This document shows positions 1 to 10,059 of a DNA stretch of 53,703 nucleotides, piece by piece. Within the stretch, counting starts at the first letter, position 1, and every line of letters starts with the position of its first letter. This stretch comes from a virus, in the UHGV virus genome UHGV-0137934; one strand, written 5' to 3'. The position numbers and the translations under genes are program-made. The notes under the pieces were generated by a model. It was given only the letters and a program-made list of their open reading frames with translations. It did no database searches and had not been told where the DNA came from.

Positions 1-652
1 AATTCCTTCTCATCCACCCTTCCTTCAGACTCCCATAAATAACCAAGGATAACCTGTGAGGTTGCCTTTTTCCACCATCCATTCTTATTTAACTCAACAT
101 AATTTATCAGTGATACTAATTCAGTGGTTAACGACTTAGCTACCATACCCTGCTCCTAATTAATATTTATAGATGGATTTTTTTAATATCCTCAAAGGAT
201 ATAATTTATCTATTACCGCTTGTCAAATCTTTACTACAATTTTGGAGTTAAATTGTTTAGACTATTACTCACCTATATCTCATTAGAGCGAAAAACATAT
301 AGTTTTATCTGCTGTGTTTTAACAACGCGCAGAACTATGTATAGAGTTTGAAGGTAAAGGACATATACGCTACCGCTTTCCATCTGAAGACTACGAAATC
401 AATTATACTTGTATCTGATCGATCATGAATTGTCTATACAAACATAATATTTGCTTTCATTACTTATATCTATCCCACATAATCGCTTTCTATTCTGGCG
501 TGTAGTTAATCCGAGTTCGTCGTTTCATGGCAGCGACTCCCTTGATTAAGGATAGGATAGCATTGCAATGAGCCGTTGAACTCACAGCTATAAGCGGACT
601 CTTTCAGTAGGATGACCATTTGAACTGATTAGTAAGGTTAAAGTACGTACGA

Positions 653-1918
653 TCATCTGACCTGAAGCAAATCACTGTATCTAGTGGTATAGCGTGGAGA
701 AAGCATTTCTCGCTGCATTTGCCATGCGGTCTGGATTCCCTGCCCTGCAAAATAGAGCGTCCCCCTGCCATCCTTCGCGTTGAGGTGGTCTAAAACTTCC
801 ATCAGTTTCTCACTGTTCTGCCGCGGTGCGTTGTCATCGAAGAGGTTAAGCTGCGCTACGCCCTGGCTGTAGAAATCACCCAACATTACTCCTGCTTTCT
901 GGTAGCGATGCCCGTCTCGCCATATCATGTCGAGGCATTTCGTCGCTGCGGTGATTATGTCCCTACTGTCCTGTGTTGGAGTCAACAGCTTTACTGATGC
1001 GCTGTTTCCGTAATATGGCTCGTTAAGAGCAAAGGGGCTGGTTTTAACGAACGCTGAGATAAAGCGGCAATACTGGTGCTCACCACGAAGTTTCTCCGCT
1101 GCGCGCGAGGCATAGCTGCATATTGCCTGCCTCATCTCATGATATTCCGTGATACGCCCACCGAAAGAGCGACTGCAGACTATTTCCTGTTTTACGGGCG
1201 CGAACTCCTCCAGACCGAGACAAGGCTCGCCACGCAGTTCCCGCACGGTTCGCTCCAGAACCACATTGAAATGCTTCCGGATAAAACGGATATCCGTATC
1301 TGCAAGTTTTAACACTGTGTCTATCCCCATAGACTCCAGTTTTTTACTGATACGGCGCCCAACGCCCCATACTTCATCAACCGGCAACAGCGCCATTAAC
1401 TTCCTCTGCCGTTCCATATTCGACAAATCAACTACGCCTCCAGTCTGCCGCTGCCACTGTTTCGCTGCGTGATTGGCCAGCTTCGCCAGAGTTTTTGTCT
1501 GGGCTATGCCAACACCAACCGTGAGGTGCGTCCGGCGCAGAACCGTCTCGCGAATTTCCCGGCCAAAGTCGGTAAGGTCGCGACAGTTACGAACTCCTGT
1601 CAGATCGCAAAATGCCTCATCGATACTGTAAATTTCGCATCGTGGAGAGAGCTCTTCAAGCGTAGTCATGACCCGGTTCGACATATCCGCATAGAGCTCA
1701 TAGTTGCTACTAAACGCGATAATGCCGTGCCGGCGGAACATTTCCTTTTGTTTAAAGTACGGCTCCCCCATTTTGACGAACGGCTTTGCCTCTGCGCTAC
1801 GTGCAATCACACAGCCATCGTTATTGGAAAGGACGACCACTGCACGCCCTTTCAAGTCAGGGCGAAATACGGTCTCGCACGATGCGTAAAATGAATTCAC
1901 ATCACACAGGGCGAACAT
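653..1918 (-). CDS. umuC: DNA polymerase V catalytic subunit UmuC (Y-family translesion polymerase)
   Basis: 421 aa ORF; matches remembered E. coli UmuC along full length (MFALCDVN.FYASCETVFRPDL ... SIDEAFCDLTGV ... RYTTR..DLL.V); start 3 nt after umuD stop. Confidence 0.95.
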   Translation of the reverse strand: MFALCDVNSFYASCETVFRPDLKGRAVVVLSNNDGCVIARSAEAKPFVKMGEPYFKQKEMFRRHGIIAFSSNYELYADMSNRVMTTLEELSPRCEIYSIDEAFCDLTGVRNCRDLTDFGREIRETVLRRTHLTVGVGIAQTKTLAKLANHAAKQWQRQTGGVVDLSNMERQRKLMALLPVDEVWGVGRRISKKLESMGIDTVLKLADTDIRFIRKHFNVVLERTVRELRGEPCLGLEEFAPVKQEIVCSRSFGGRITEYHEMRQAICSYASRAAEKLRGEHQYCRFISAFVKTSPFALNEPYYGNSASVKLLTPTQDSRDIITAATKCLDMIWRDGHRYQKAGVMLGDFYSQGVAQLNLFDDNAPRQNSEKLMEVLDHLNAKDGRGTLYFAGQGIQTAWQMQREMLSPRYTTRYSDLLQVR

Positions 1919-1919
1919 C

Positions 1920-2339
1920 TCAGCCAGCCGCTTTGATGATAAATGTCACAACACCGAATACATCCAGCGTGTCCTCGCTTCCCACGACGATTGGTGAATA
2001 TGCGGGATTCATTGGGTTAAGCTGAACGCGTGGATGTAGTTGCAACTTCTTAACGGTGAATTCCCCGTCCACAGCGGCAATCACGATATCACCATGAACT
2101 GCGGTTCTTGAGCTATCCACGACCAGAAGATCCCCCTCTCCGATCCCGGCGTCCTTCATGCTGTCGCCCGCAGCTTTGACAAAATATGTCGCGCTGGGGT
2201 GGTTAACTAGCAACTCGTTCAGGTCGATGCGTTGCTCAACATAATCCTGCGCAGGACTCGGGAAACCACACTGAACAAGGTCGCTGTACAACGGAATCAG
2301 GATGATTTTGCGTAACTCAACGGGCGTGTAGAACTGCAT
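1920..2339 (-). CDS. umuD: UmuD, LexA-like S24 self-cleaving accessory subunit of Pol V
   Basis: Matches remembered UmuD ([26 protein letters not shown] ... GDSM ... [19 protein letters not shown]); ORF track extends to a GTG at 2354 but ATG at 2339 fits UmuD length. Confidence 0.9.
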   Translation of the reverse strand: MQFYTPVELRKIILIPLYSDLVQCGFPSPAQDYVEQRIDLNELLVNHPSATYFVKAAGDSMKDAGIGEGDLLVVDSSRTAVHGDIVIAAVDGEFTVKKLQLHPRVQLNPMNPAYSPIVVGSEDTLDVFGVVTFIIKAAG

Positions 2340-2359
2340 GATAGACTCGCTCACATAAA

Positions 2360-2379
2360 TACTGTTTATATATACAGTA
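2360..2379. promoter_or_regulatory. LexA (SOS) box upstream of umuDC
   Basis: TACTGTTTATATATACAGTA: perfect CTGT-N8-ACAG palindrome about 21 nt upstream of the umuD ATG. Confidence 0.85.
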
Positions 2380-2700
2380 GATTTAACTCAGCGACATATC
2401 AATATAGGTTCTGCCTATCAATTTCCTTCGTTGCCGTAACGTATTGATGTAATAAGTACGGTAAGTCTTAAAATGTTTTCAGTGCTTAACTGTTTGATGA
2501 TTTTGCGAACAGTGCGACGATAAAATTTTGCAGCTATGGCACCGCCTCCATAGCAAATTGCTCATCTGCGGGCTCTTGCATACGGTTACCAGGTAGGGCA
2601 CTGAAGTGCCTGGTAGCAATACTTCATTGTTTTGTAAAGCTCAGCAACTATTTTTATGTAGTGGTGTCTTATATGTAATCAATAAAACACAGGCTCTTAA

Positions 2701-2808
2701 ATGACTACTTTACTCGTTGCCGCAACACTCTTTGCTGTCTCAGGCCTCATGATGTTTGGGCTTTTACAACTGTGGGAAGGCATATCAAATAATCACGAAA
2801 AGTTTTGA
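2701..2808 (+). CDS. possible 35 aa hydrophobic peptide (MTTLLVAATLFAVSGLMMFGLLQLWEGISNNHEKF)
   Basis: Short ORF in umuD-invertase intergenic region; one predicted TM helix; weak RBS. Confidence 0.2.
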   Translation: MTTLLVAATLFAVSGLMMFGLLQLWEGISNNHEKF

Positions 2809-2827
2809 TAGCCATTAGGCTTAAAGC

Positions 2828-3379
2828 TCATCCCGTTACTGGCAGATATTTATAGATAGTCTTCACCCCTACACCTATCACATCGGCTATCTGCTGGCGT
2901 GTAGCTCCGTTCTCCAGCATCCGGCGGCCTCGTTCCACAACTTCTTCGGTCATAACCCGGCGGCGGCCACCGATGCGCCCCTGCTCCCTTGCCGCTGCTA
3001 AACCGGCGCGGGTACGCTCGACGATCAACTCTCTTTCCATTTCCGCCAGTGCACTCATGACGTGGAAGAAAAAACGTCCTGCTGGCGTACTGGTATCGAT
3101 GCTGTCAGTCAGGCTTCGGAAATTCACCCCGCGCGCCTGCAGCTCTGATACCAGAGTGATCAGGTCACGCACGCTTCGCCCCAGCCGATCCAGTTTCCAG
3201 ACCACCAGCACATCACCCGGTCGCAGCCGCCGCAGCGCACGCTTTAGCCCTGGTCTCCGGGCATTCTTTCCGCTGGCCGTATCTTCGAAAACCAGCTCAC
3301 ATTCTGCGCGGATCAGCGCATTTTTCTGTAAATCGAGGTTTTGATCCCCGGTTGACACCCTGGCATAACCAATCAGCAT
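2828..3379 (-). CDS. serine recombinase, Hin/Gin/Pin/Cin-family DNA invertase
   Basis: 183 aa; N-terminal MLIGYARVSTGDQNLDLQ catalytic-serine motif, C-terminal HTH; adjacent to tail-fibre genes as in Mu Gin and P1 Cin. Confidence 0.9.
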   Translation of the reverse strand: MLIGYARVSTGDQNLDLQKNALIRAECELVFEDTASGKNARRPGLKRALRRLRPGDVLVVWKLDRLGRSVRDLITLVSELQARGVNFRSLTDSIDTSTPAGRFFFHVMSALAEMERELIVERTRAGLAAAREQGRIGGRRRVMTEEVVERGRRMLENGATRQQIADVIGVGVKTIYKYLPVTG

Positions 3380-3422
3380 GATGTAACCCTTTGAAATAGC
3401 TGATTGTAAAAAGCTCCGGTCT

Positions 3423-3473
3423 TTCGCTCAAACCCTCGTTTGCGCGAAGCCTCTTTTTGGAGCAAAAAACATG
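3423..3473. repeat. left inverted repeat of invertible segment; contains 26-bp hix/gix-like crossover site (3423-3448, core CT 3435-3436)
   Basis: TTCGCTCAAACC-CT-CGTTTGCGCGAA imperfect palindrome; 49/51 nt identical to reverse complement of 9980-10030; includes RBS and ATG of gene at 3471. Confidence 0.75.
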
Positions 3474-5426
3474 GCTGCAGATCTGAATCCGCCGCTGGGT
3501 ACGACGACGCCTGAAATCTTTTTAGATAACGTTAAGCGGGCCGATCGGTTAGTGAACGGGCCGGAGGAAACGGTAAACGATCGCGGCGGGGAACCGCTGG
3601 ATACCTGGCGTCAGATGATGGCGAAAAATGATGATGTCAGGCAGAACATCATTCCGCTGAGTCGCCAGTACATGACGCTTGATACGGCCCAGGCCGATAT
3701 CGTCAATATCCCGGAGGGCAGCACAACCTATGTGCGCAGTTCTGATGATGCTTATCTGGCTATTGAGTACAAAAACACTGGAGGCGTGCTGCAACCTACA
3801 GGAAGAACCATGATTTCAGGAAAGACTGCCGTAAGACGTACAGATGAATACTCTGACGGAGTTAATTATGCCTGGGGAAAGGTTATGTCCAGCGGGGAAA
3901 TACTTCCGGGTACTCTTCAGGGAATGGACGGATTGCCAGCGCCTGAAAACGTCGCAGCATACGCTGCCAAAGGTGTGGCGGTCTATCAGCTTAATCCCGC
4001 AGATATTCCGGCAGGACATGCGATTATCAAAGACGGCATTGTTTTGCTGGAAGCTGACCAGTCAGGGCGCCTTAATTACCTGCCACCGCTCAATCGTCGC
4101 GCGCGGCAGTCGGTGAATCAACGCCCTGAAATGGTCCTCACGCCGCTACCCGCATCAGTACGCGCGGCAGTCGAACCACTCGCCGAGCGTGCCTGTAAAT
4201 ACATGCTTTCAACGTGGGTGCCGACATGGGTTCCCCTGGCTGGCGGAACCGGGCTTCCAGCCACTGGCTCGACGATGGACAGCATAGAGCAATACCCGCT
4301 GATGCTGGCCGCAGTAGTTCACTGGATAAGCTGGTGTGATGCCGGTTACGCGGCCTGGGATGAAACGTTTATTGGCGTCAGTTATGACACTGCCGTTTCC
4401 TGGATTGTTCAGGGGCTGGATTTAGTGGTAAGTGCGCATCTGGCAAACGGTGGTTGGTGGGGAGGCCCGCCGCCGCCGTGGAGCGAAGCCTCTGAAGAAG
4501 TGGCGGTAACTTTCGGCTCACAGGCGGCAGAGCTGGCGCGTAATGTGGCCAGCCACTGCGACCTGATGGGCGCACACCTGACGGCAGCCCAGAAAACAAA
4601 AGTCACCGCAATGGTGGTGCATGAGGCTAACCGCTTTGTGAAGTACACGCCCAAATACCGCTGGACGCGCCCGGATATCCGGGGGCAGGTGACGGATAAC
4701 TACCCGACAGGCGATTCCAAATCAGAAGAAATCGCCTGGAACCTGGCTATCCTCGCCCGTGCACTGATTTTAGCCCCGGATAATGCCAATGCTGAGCGCT
4801 GGGCCGAGCGGCTGATTACGATGCAGATTGCGGCGCTGGGTGACAGAAACGACCTGTCCGAGACGATGACGATTAACGGGCTGGCTCCCTGCGATGTGAT
4901 GAACGGGACAAACGTTAACCCGACCCGCCTCGTTGAAAACCACGGGGTTGCTGATGGGCAGGATGTGTCCCGCTGGTACACGATGGCGTCATTGTCAGGT
5001 AGCGAGTGGATGTTTCGCACCTTCCTGCTGGCCGGGAAGCCAGTGCCATCGGCAGCCCTCTGGCATATGGCCGACACCATGCGGGCGCTGGCCTACAACC
5101 CGGATGGTTCGGTGTGGAGCATGGACTGGAGGGAGCCTGTCGGCGAACTGTCCTATGCACCGGCGATTGCCTACATGTTTGCCGAGCCGCGTCAGGACTA
5201 TATCGATACGCTGTTGCACCGCCTGGCGATTTTTGCCGGGCAGCAGGACGACACTACCGGGGCGCTGCCCGCCGGGGCGTTTAACTGGCCAGTCTATGGT
5301 TCTTCCCAGCCCGGCGAATTCCTGAGTTACATCCGTATGTCTGACCGCATGCAAAACCCGCTGACCTGTCCGCGTGCCACCAATACACATTACACCAGCC
5401 TTGCCGCTATTTACCGGAGCGTTTAA
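3471..5426 (+). CDS. receptor-binding tail fibre/tailspike protein, cassette A (currently in non-expressed orientation)
   Basis: 651 aa; N-terminal about 50 aa homologous to N-terminus of ORF 6320..9982; divergent C-terminal domain; lies inside invertible segment. Confidence 0.7.
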   Translation: MAADLNPPLGTTTPEIFLDNVKRADRLVNGPEETVNDRGGEPLDTWRQMMAKNDDVRQNIIPLSRQYMTLDTAQADIVNIPEGSTTYVRSSDDAYLAIEYKNTGGVLQPTGRTMISGKTAVRRTDEYSDGVNYAWGKVMSSGEILPGTLQGMDGLPAPENVAAYAAKGVAVYQLNPADIPAGHAIIKDGIVLLEADQSGRLNYLPPLNRRARQSVNQRPEMVLTPLPASVRAAVEPLAERACKYMLSTWVPTWVPLAGGTGLPATGSTMDSIEQYPLMLAAVVHWISWCDAGYAAWDETFIGVSYDTAVSWIVQGLDLVVSAHLANGGWWGGPPPPWSEASEEVAVTFGSQAAELARNVASHCDLMGAHLTAAQKTKVTAMVVHEANRFVKYTPKYRWTRPDIRGQVTDNYPTGDSKSEEIAWNLAILARALILAPDNANAERWAERLITMQIAALGDRNDLSETMTINGLAPCDVMNGTNVNPTRLVENHGVADGQDVSRWYTMASLSGSEWMFRTFLLAGKPVPSAALWHMADTMRALAYNPDGSVWSMDWREPVGELSYAPAIAYMFAEPRQDYIDTLLHRLAIFAGQQDDTTGALPAGAFNWPVYGSSQPGEFLSYIRMSDRMQNPLTCPRATNTHYTSLAAIYRSV

Positions 5427-5428
5427 TC

Positions 5429-6196
5429 ATGACCCTTGAAGTTGTTCCTGGAAGCCTGACCAGTCCCGACCCTTCCATTAAAAACTATGCCCCCTACGCT
5501 CCCGCTATTGGCGTGACCGGTTATACCGACCGCTGGCGTCCGGCGCTGGATTTTTCAGCCAGCATTACGGGAGACGCCGTTATCGCTTATCCGAGTCCCC
5601 TGGTGCCGGATAATGTTTTGTCGGGAAGCACAACGAATCCGCCAGTCATTGTCGATCAGTCTGGTGTTCGCATGGTCGACTGTGCCACAACAGGAGCGCT
5701 GGCAGCGCTGACAGACATTAACCGTAAGTTCGGTGACGTCAGTTTGCTGGCGGTATGGTATGAAGTACACGGCTCCGCATCCCACTCCATTCTGACCATC
5801 GGAGGATTGCGGTTCAGCCGGGCAAGCGCCAGCTGGGGTCTGTCCAAAATGTCCGGCGCTGCAGGGACAACACTGAGCATTTCCAACGATCCGGCTGCCG
5901 GAGGTGTGGCTATTTCCGCACGTCGCTATGCCGCTATTCTGACTATCCCTGCTGACAGCGCAGCCGCCGTAACGTTGCGCCTGATTGGTGCGGGCTCATC
6001 CGCTGTTAGTGTTTCTGGCATTATCACCCGCGGTGGTTCTGCAGATGAACAACGTCGGTTGCGGTTTGGTAAAGATTCGGGAGGCTCATCTAATACCGGA
6101 CCGCAGTTTGCCGAAATGGTTATCTGGGAGCGTCTTTTGACAGCGCAGGAAATCACAACCGTTTCTACCTATACAGCCAACATTTATACCCTATAG
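5429..6196 (+). CDS. hypothetical protein co-transcribed with cassette A fibre (possible fibre chaperone or second fibre subunit)
   Basis: 255 aa ORF starting 3 nt after fibre A stop; Ala/Gly/Ser-rich; no recognised motif. Confidence 0.45.
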   Translation: MTLEVVPGSLTSPDPSIKNYAPYAPAIGVTGYTDRWRPALDFSASITGDAVIAYPSPLVPDNVLSGSTTNPPVIVDQSGVRMVDCATTGALAALTDINRKFGDVSLLAVWYEVHGSASHSILTIGGLRFSRASASWGLSKMSGAAGTTLSISNDPAAGGVAISARRYAAILTIPADSAAAVTLRLIGAGSSAVSVSGIITRGGSADEQRRLRFGKDSGGSSNTGPQFAEMVIWERLLTAQEITTVSTYTANIYTL

Positions 6197-6319
6197 TCCA
6201 TTCAGGAACACATCGCGGCCGCCATGAAAATTGATAGCCGCAACTATTCCACGATCCCCCGGTAACCTTGTAAATAGTTACCGGGGTAGTCAGGCTCCCG
6301 GACCTTGCATATCTCCTGA

Positions 6320-9300
6320 TTAAGAATTGGTGACGTTCTCTAAATCCAGCTCATTTTCCTTAACAATGTTGTCTCTGGTGATGGTGCTGGCCATGTAGTC
6401 AGCGCTCGCCGCGGACATGCCTTTTGCATTGCCTTTAATGATGCTGTCTTTGAGGATAGCATCTGTTAACTGGGCACTGATCCCGATCCCGTTCTGACCA
6501 TTATTCAGAAGCATGGCGCCCCGAATAATGACGTTTTCCGCCGCATTGCCAAGCTGGATACCGCTCCCGCCATTTCTGGAGAAAGAGCCACCATTAACGG
6601 AGACCTCCCGAATCGGAGTTGTGACATTTGTTGCCGCAACAACCCGCAGCCCGTGGCTCTCGTTGTCTTCTGAAATGCAGTTATCGAGGTAATATCCGCG
6701 CGCATTATCACCGATTTCAGCGTTAACATAGTCTGCCGTTTTATACACTGCAAACCCGTTGCCGTTTCCGAAGCCCATCTGACGAGGCGTGAAATAGGGA
6801 TTCTGAATCTTGCTGGTCCCGTTTTCAATCGCCTTGCAGTCAGAGAATACGGCATTTATGCCATACCGGACCTCGCCAACCTGGCTACCATTATCGGCGG
6901 CGAATCCGTTCAGGTTGCGGTATGCCGTGCAGTTAGCATAGGAAAGGCCATTACAGCCAGCGTTACCGAAGCCAACCGCATTGCCTTCGCTATAGCAGTT
7001 CGTAACGTTAACACCCACCGGGAAATCGCCGATGATTGTTTCTCCGCTACTCTCCATGTGGTTGTGCCACTCGAAGAACATGCCGTGACCATAGTTATTC
7101 CGGTTAATGCAGTTCATCACCTGAATCGGCTCCCGTCCTGCGCGAAACGCGCCTACCCCGATCCCCATCCCGGCACAGGACCCATCCTGTTTATTCTGCC
7201 CGCAACCCTCTGTCACGATATGATCCAGCACGCCGGACATAATCATGTCCACTCCGAAGCCGGTTATCGCTGATTTATAAATCCAGATATTTCGGGCTAC
7301 GAAATCCTTAACGTACTCCATATTAATCCCACGACCCGCGCGAGAGCTGAGAATGTCCAGATTAAAGCCCAGGTTTTCGAAAGTGATTTTTTCGTAAACG
7401 TGATCGCTTAACTTCTCATTTTTAAACGGAACGTCGGCGCCGCAAATAATCGTGTTGTACATCCCGTCGCCGTAGATGTGGTTGAAGCTCTTGATGTAAC
7501 AGCCGGAGATTTTATACAGCCCACTTTCCATATAAACCTTGCCGCGTTTCTGGCGCTCCATTTTCAGGCAGAGCTTTTGAAGCAACGGGGTGTAATCATA
7601 AGCGAGGGTTTTATCGGGTCGGCCTGCCAGGTCATATAATTTATAAACCGGCTCCGAGAGTTCCAGAAAGGCTCTTTCACCTCCCCGACCATTTACCAGC
7701 ACGTTGAATGCAGTGGAGTCCCTGCGCCCGTCAGACACATGCGAAATCCCGACGTAAGCCACATCGTCTGATGTGAACAGGTCAAGCAAAGTGGACGTGT
7801 TAATGCCCGTGGTCAGCGTCTCAACGGAGAGAACACCACGGTTACTGTCCAGTCTGGCCATATACATGTAGGTGTTACCTGCGGCATATGACAGCGTGAC
7901 TTCTGCATCTTTGGGGACTGCGGCGCGGTCAAAAAGGTACGTAACCGCCGTAGGAACAGAAACTAACGAACCCGCAGCATCATAGGCCAGTCCGGGGTAG
8001 ATATCGCCGTACGGATTCGACGCCGGGCCTTTAATAAAAAAGGAATCATCTTCTGTGGTACTGAAGATAACGACCTCAGGATCATAAAGTCCGGTTGCTG
8101 AATAGTTGTTAACGGCGATAAACCCGTCTTCTTCAATCAGCGCACAGGCGTATCCGTAGTAATTGTTATTAACATAGGTAAACTGCAGCGTGCTTCCAAG
8201 ATATTTGCCGATTTTGTTATATCTGGCGCCCATAAACAGTGTAGCGCCTGCATTCGTCGAGTTTTGCACTGTCCTGGCTTTCACATAATCGCCAGCCTTC
8301 ACAGGGATAAGCGCCGTGCTCATGTAGTTTACATTCGAATCCACGCGGCCTGAATTACCGTTCGACCGCACAACTCCCACTTCCCACGAATCGGCAGGGT
8401 AAGTGTACTGTTTGACCCTGGAGCCAACAGCATACTTACGCTTACGAATAAAGGCAGGAAGACTGCCGTCGGTCATATATGCGGTGACATATATCGTGCA
8501 GGCCTCAGTGGCGGTATACAGATGCTCGGTGTAGACAGAGCCCGCTTTGAAAGCAAAACTGATCGGCTCAAATACCCCCTCAGAAATATATTTAGAAAGT
8601 ACAGGCAAGCCATATTTAGCGGTTAAGGCATTTGAGTTTAAATTTACCCTGGCAAAAACAGATTCCCCGGCCTCCAGTTCAACGACATACAGCTTCTGGT
8701 ACAGGCTGGAAACCAGCGCGCCCGCCATGGAAATGTACTGATTGGGAATGATTGTCGCCGTTGCTCTGGCGTTAATGTCGGCGTAATAAACATCCGTGAC
8801 TTTATTTTCAACCAGATTCTGTGTGCTGGGGACGGCAACATCAAGAGCAGAATCCACTTCACGGCGTTTAATTAGCCCTGCTGAAATAGAGTAGCTGGAG
8901 TCCCGCGCTGCCGTGGATAAAATCGCAGTGCTTAAAGACAGTACGATGTACCCGTCGGTTGGCACGGAATAGCTATACTCTTTGATGCTTTCAGCGCCGT
9001 TGCCGATCACGCCCTCGACAAAAGACGCAGCCGAATGGCTGGAGAAAAACGCAATGGCATAGCCTGAAGACGGCAGGGCCAGACGGGCTGAAATAATACT
9101 CCCCACCGTAACCTTAATGAATCCCGTATTAAAACTGGTTGCAGATACCGTAGGGTAAGAGGTTGGCGCGCTTACGCTCACGAATCCATTATTCGGGAAT
9201 GCCTCTGCACCGCTGGCGGTCACGGCCTCACCGACAAGGGTATTTATCGCGGTTTCAAACGTCTCGAATGAAGTATAGCCACCGGCTTTATCGCTGTTAT

Positions 9301-9982
9301 CCACCGTCAGCACGTCTTTGATCACCTCACAGGCGAATGTCTGTGACGTTGCGATGCGTGTTGCCAGAATAATAAAACCATCCGCGGGGACAGCAAAAGT
9401 CCGGGTGTAAGCCTCAGGCCCGACCCCGACATTCTCGGCAGAAATAAACGTTTTGTCCTGATCGTAAAACGCAACGTTTGCGTAACTGGCGCTGTTATTC
9501 GCCGCCGTCAGTTTAAGCTGCTGGCCCTTAGTAACCGCAATATACGTTGAGTTCCTCCAGTTAGCCGAAGATACCCGCGAACCATCAGCTTTAACGATGT
9601 AGTTTGAACCGGTCAGGTCACTGAGAACGGCCAGCGGGGTAGAGCCTATAAGGCCATTGATGTAATCGACGATTTGCGCGTTCTGATACCCGGCTTTGGC
9701 CCATGCCGTCCCGTTCCAGAGGTACAGCGTCCCGGTTGCCGTGTCCATCGCCAGTGTGTTGGGTTCTGACGGCGTAAAGGCCAGTAATTCCGCCGCTGAT
9801 GCAAACCCCATCGCACCGCCCGCCGCTTTTAGTCTCGCTATCGCCTGACGCCAGGAATCCAGCGGCTCACCTTCGCGGTCGGGAACATCAGCAGCGGGGC
9901 CATTCACCAGCTTATCCAGGCGCTCGGCGTTATCGAGCAGTACCGCAGGAGAAGTGCTCCCCAGAGGAGGATTAAAGGCCAT
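6320..9982 (-). CDS. tailspike/tail fibre with right-handed beta-helix (depolymerase-like) C-terminal region, cassette B (currently in expressed orientation)
   Basis: 1220 aa; N-terminus MAFNPPLGSTSPAVLLDNAERLDKLVNGP homologous to cassette A; C-terminal Gly/Asn-rich repeats typical of parallel beta-helix polysaccharide-degrading tailspikes. Confidence 0.75.
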   Translation of the reverse strand: MAFNPPLGSTSPAVLLDNAERLDKLVNGPAADVPDREGEPLDSWRQAIARLKAAGGAMGFASAAELLAFTPSEPNTLAMDTATGTLYLWNGTAWAKAGYQNAQIVDYINGLIGSTPLAVLSDLTGSNYIVKADGSRVSSANWRNSTYIAVTKGQQLKLTAANNSASYANVAFYDQDKTFISAENVGVGPEAYTRTFAVPADGFIILATRIATSQTFACEVIKDVLTVDNSDKAGGYTSFETFETAINTLVGEAVTASGAEAFPNNGFVSVSAPTSYPTVSATSFNTGFIKVTVGSIISARLALPSSGYAIAFFSSHSAASFVEGVIGNGAESIKEYSYSVPTDGYIVLSLSTAILSTAARDSSYSISAGLIKRREVDSALDVAVPSTQNLVENKVTDVYYADINARATATIIPNQYISMAGALVSSLYQKLYVVELEAGESVFARVNLNSNALTAKYGLPVLSKYISEGVFEPISFAFKAGSVYTEHLYTATEACTIYVTAYMTDGSLPAFIRKRKYAVGSRVKQYTYPADSWEVGVVRSNGNSGRVDSNVNYMSTALIPVKAGDYVKARTVQNSTNAGATLFMGARYNKIGKYLGSTLQFTYVNNNYYGYACALIEEDGFIAVNNYSATGLYDPEVVIFSTTEDDSFFIKGPASNPYGDIYPGLAYDAAGSLVSVPTAVTYLFDRAAVPKDAEVTLSYAAGNTYMYMARLDSNRGVLSVETLTTGINTSTLLDLFTSDDVAYVGISHVSDGRRDSTAFNVLVNGRGGERAFLELSEPVYKLYDLAGRPDKTLAYDYTPLLQKLCLKMERQKRGKVYMESGLYKISGCYIKSFNHIYGDGMYNTIICGADVPFKNEKLSDHVYEKITFENLGFNLDILSSRAGRGINMEYVKDFVARNIWIYKSAITGFGVDMIMSGVLDHIVTEGCGQNKQDGSCAGMGIGVGAFRAGREPIQVMNCINRNNYGHGMFFEWHNHMESSGETIIGDFPVGVNVTNCYSEGNAVGFGNAGCNGLSYANCTAYRNLNGFAADNGSQVGEVRYGINAVFSDCKAIENGTSKIQNPYFTPRQMGFGNGNGFAVYKTADYVNAEIGDNARGYYLDNCISEDNESHGLRVVAATNVTTPIREVSVNGGSFSRNGGSGIQLGNAAENVIIRGAMLLNNGQNGIGISAQLTDAILKDSIIKGNAKGMSAASADYMASTITRDNIVKENELDLENVTNS

Positions 9983-10030
9983 GTTTTTTGCTCCAAAAAG
10001 AGGCTTCGCCCAAACGAGGGTTTGTGCGAA
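9980..10030. repeat. right inverted repeat of invertible segment; 26-bp hix/gix-like site at 10005-10030 (core AG 10017-10018)
   Basis: Reverse complement matches 3423-3473 at 49/51 positions; lies between stop of 10060..13116 and ATG of 6320..9982. Confidence 0.75.
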
Positions 10031-10059
10031 AAGAGTTAATAAGGGGTTTTTATGGGGTA

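Noticed and set aside
1-652. AT-rich 650 bp at window start
   Set aside because: No ORF, repeat or RNA feature I could support; probably intergenic or horizontally acquired flank.
1920-2354. GTG start at 2354 for umuD (ORF-track start)
   Set aside because: ATG at 2339 gives a protein aligning with UmuD from its first residues and leaves the LexA box in a sensible promoter position.
3549-5390. Multiple 60-130 aa ORFs antisense to or overlapping tail fibre gene A (for example 4933..5325, 4995..5390, 4700..5080)
   Set aside because: Embedded in a long, well-supported ORF; typical GC-rich antisense frames.
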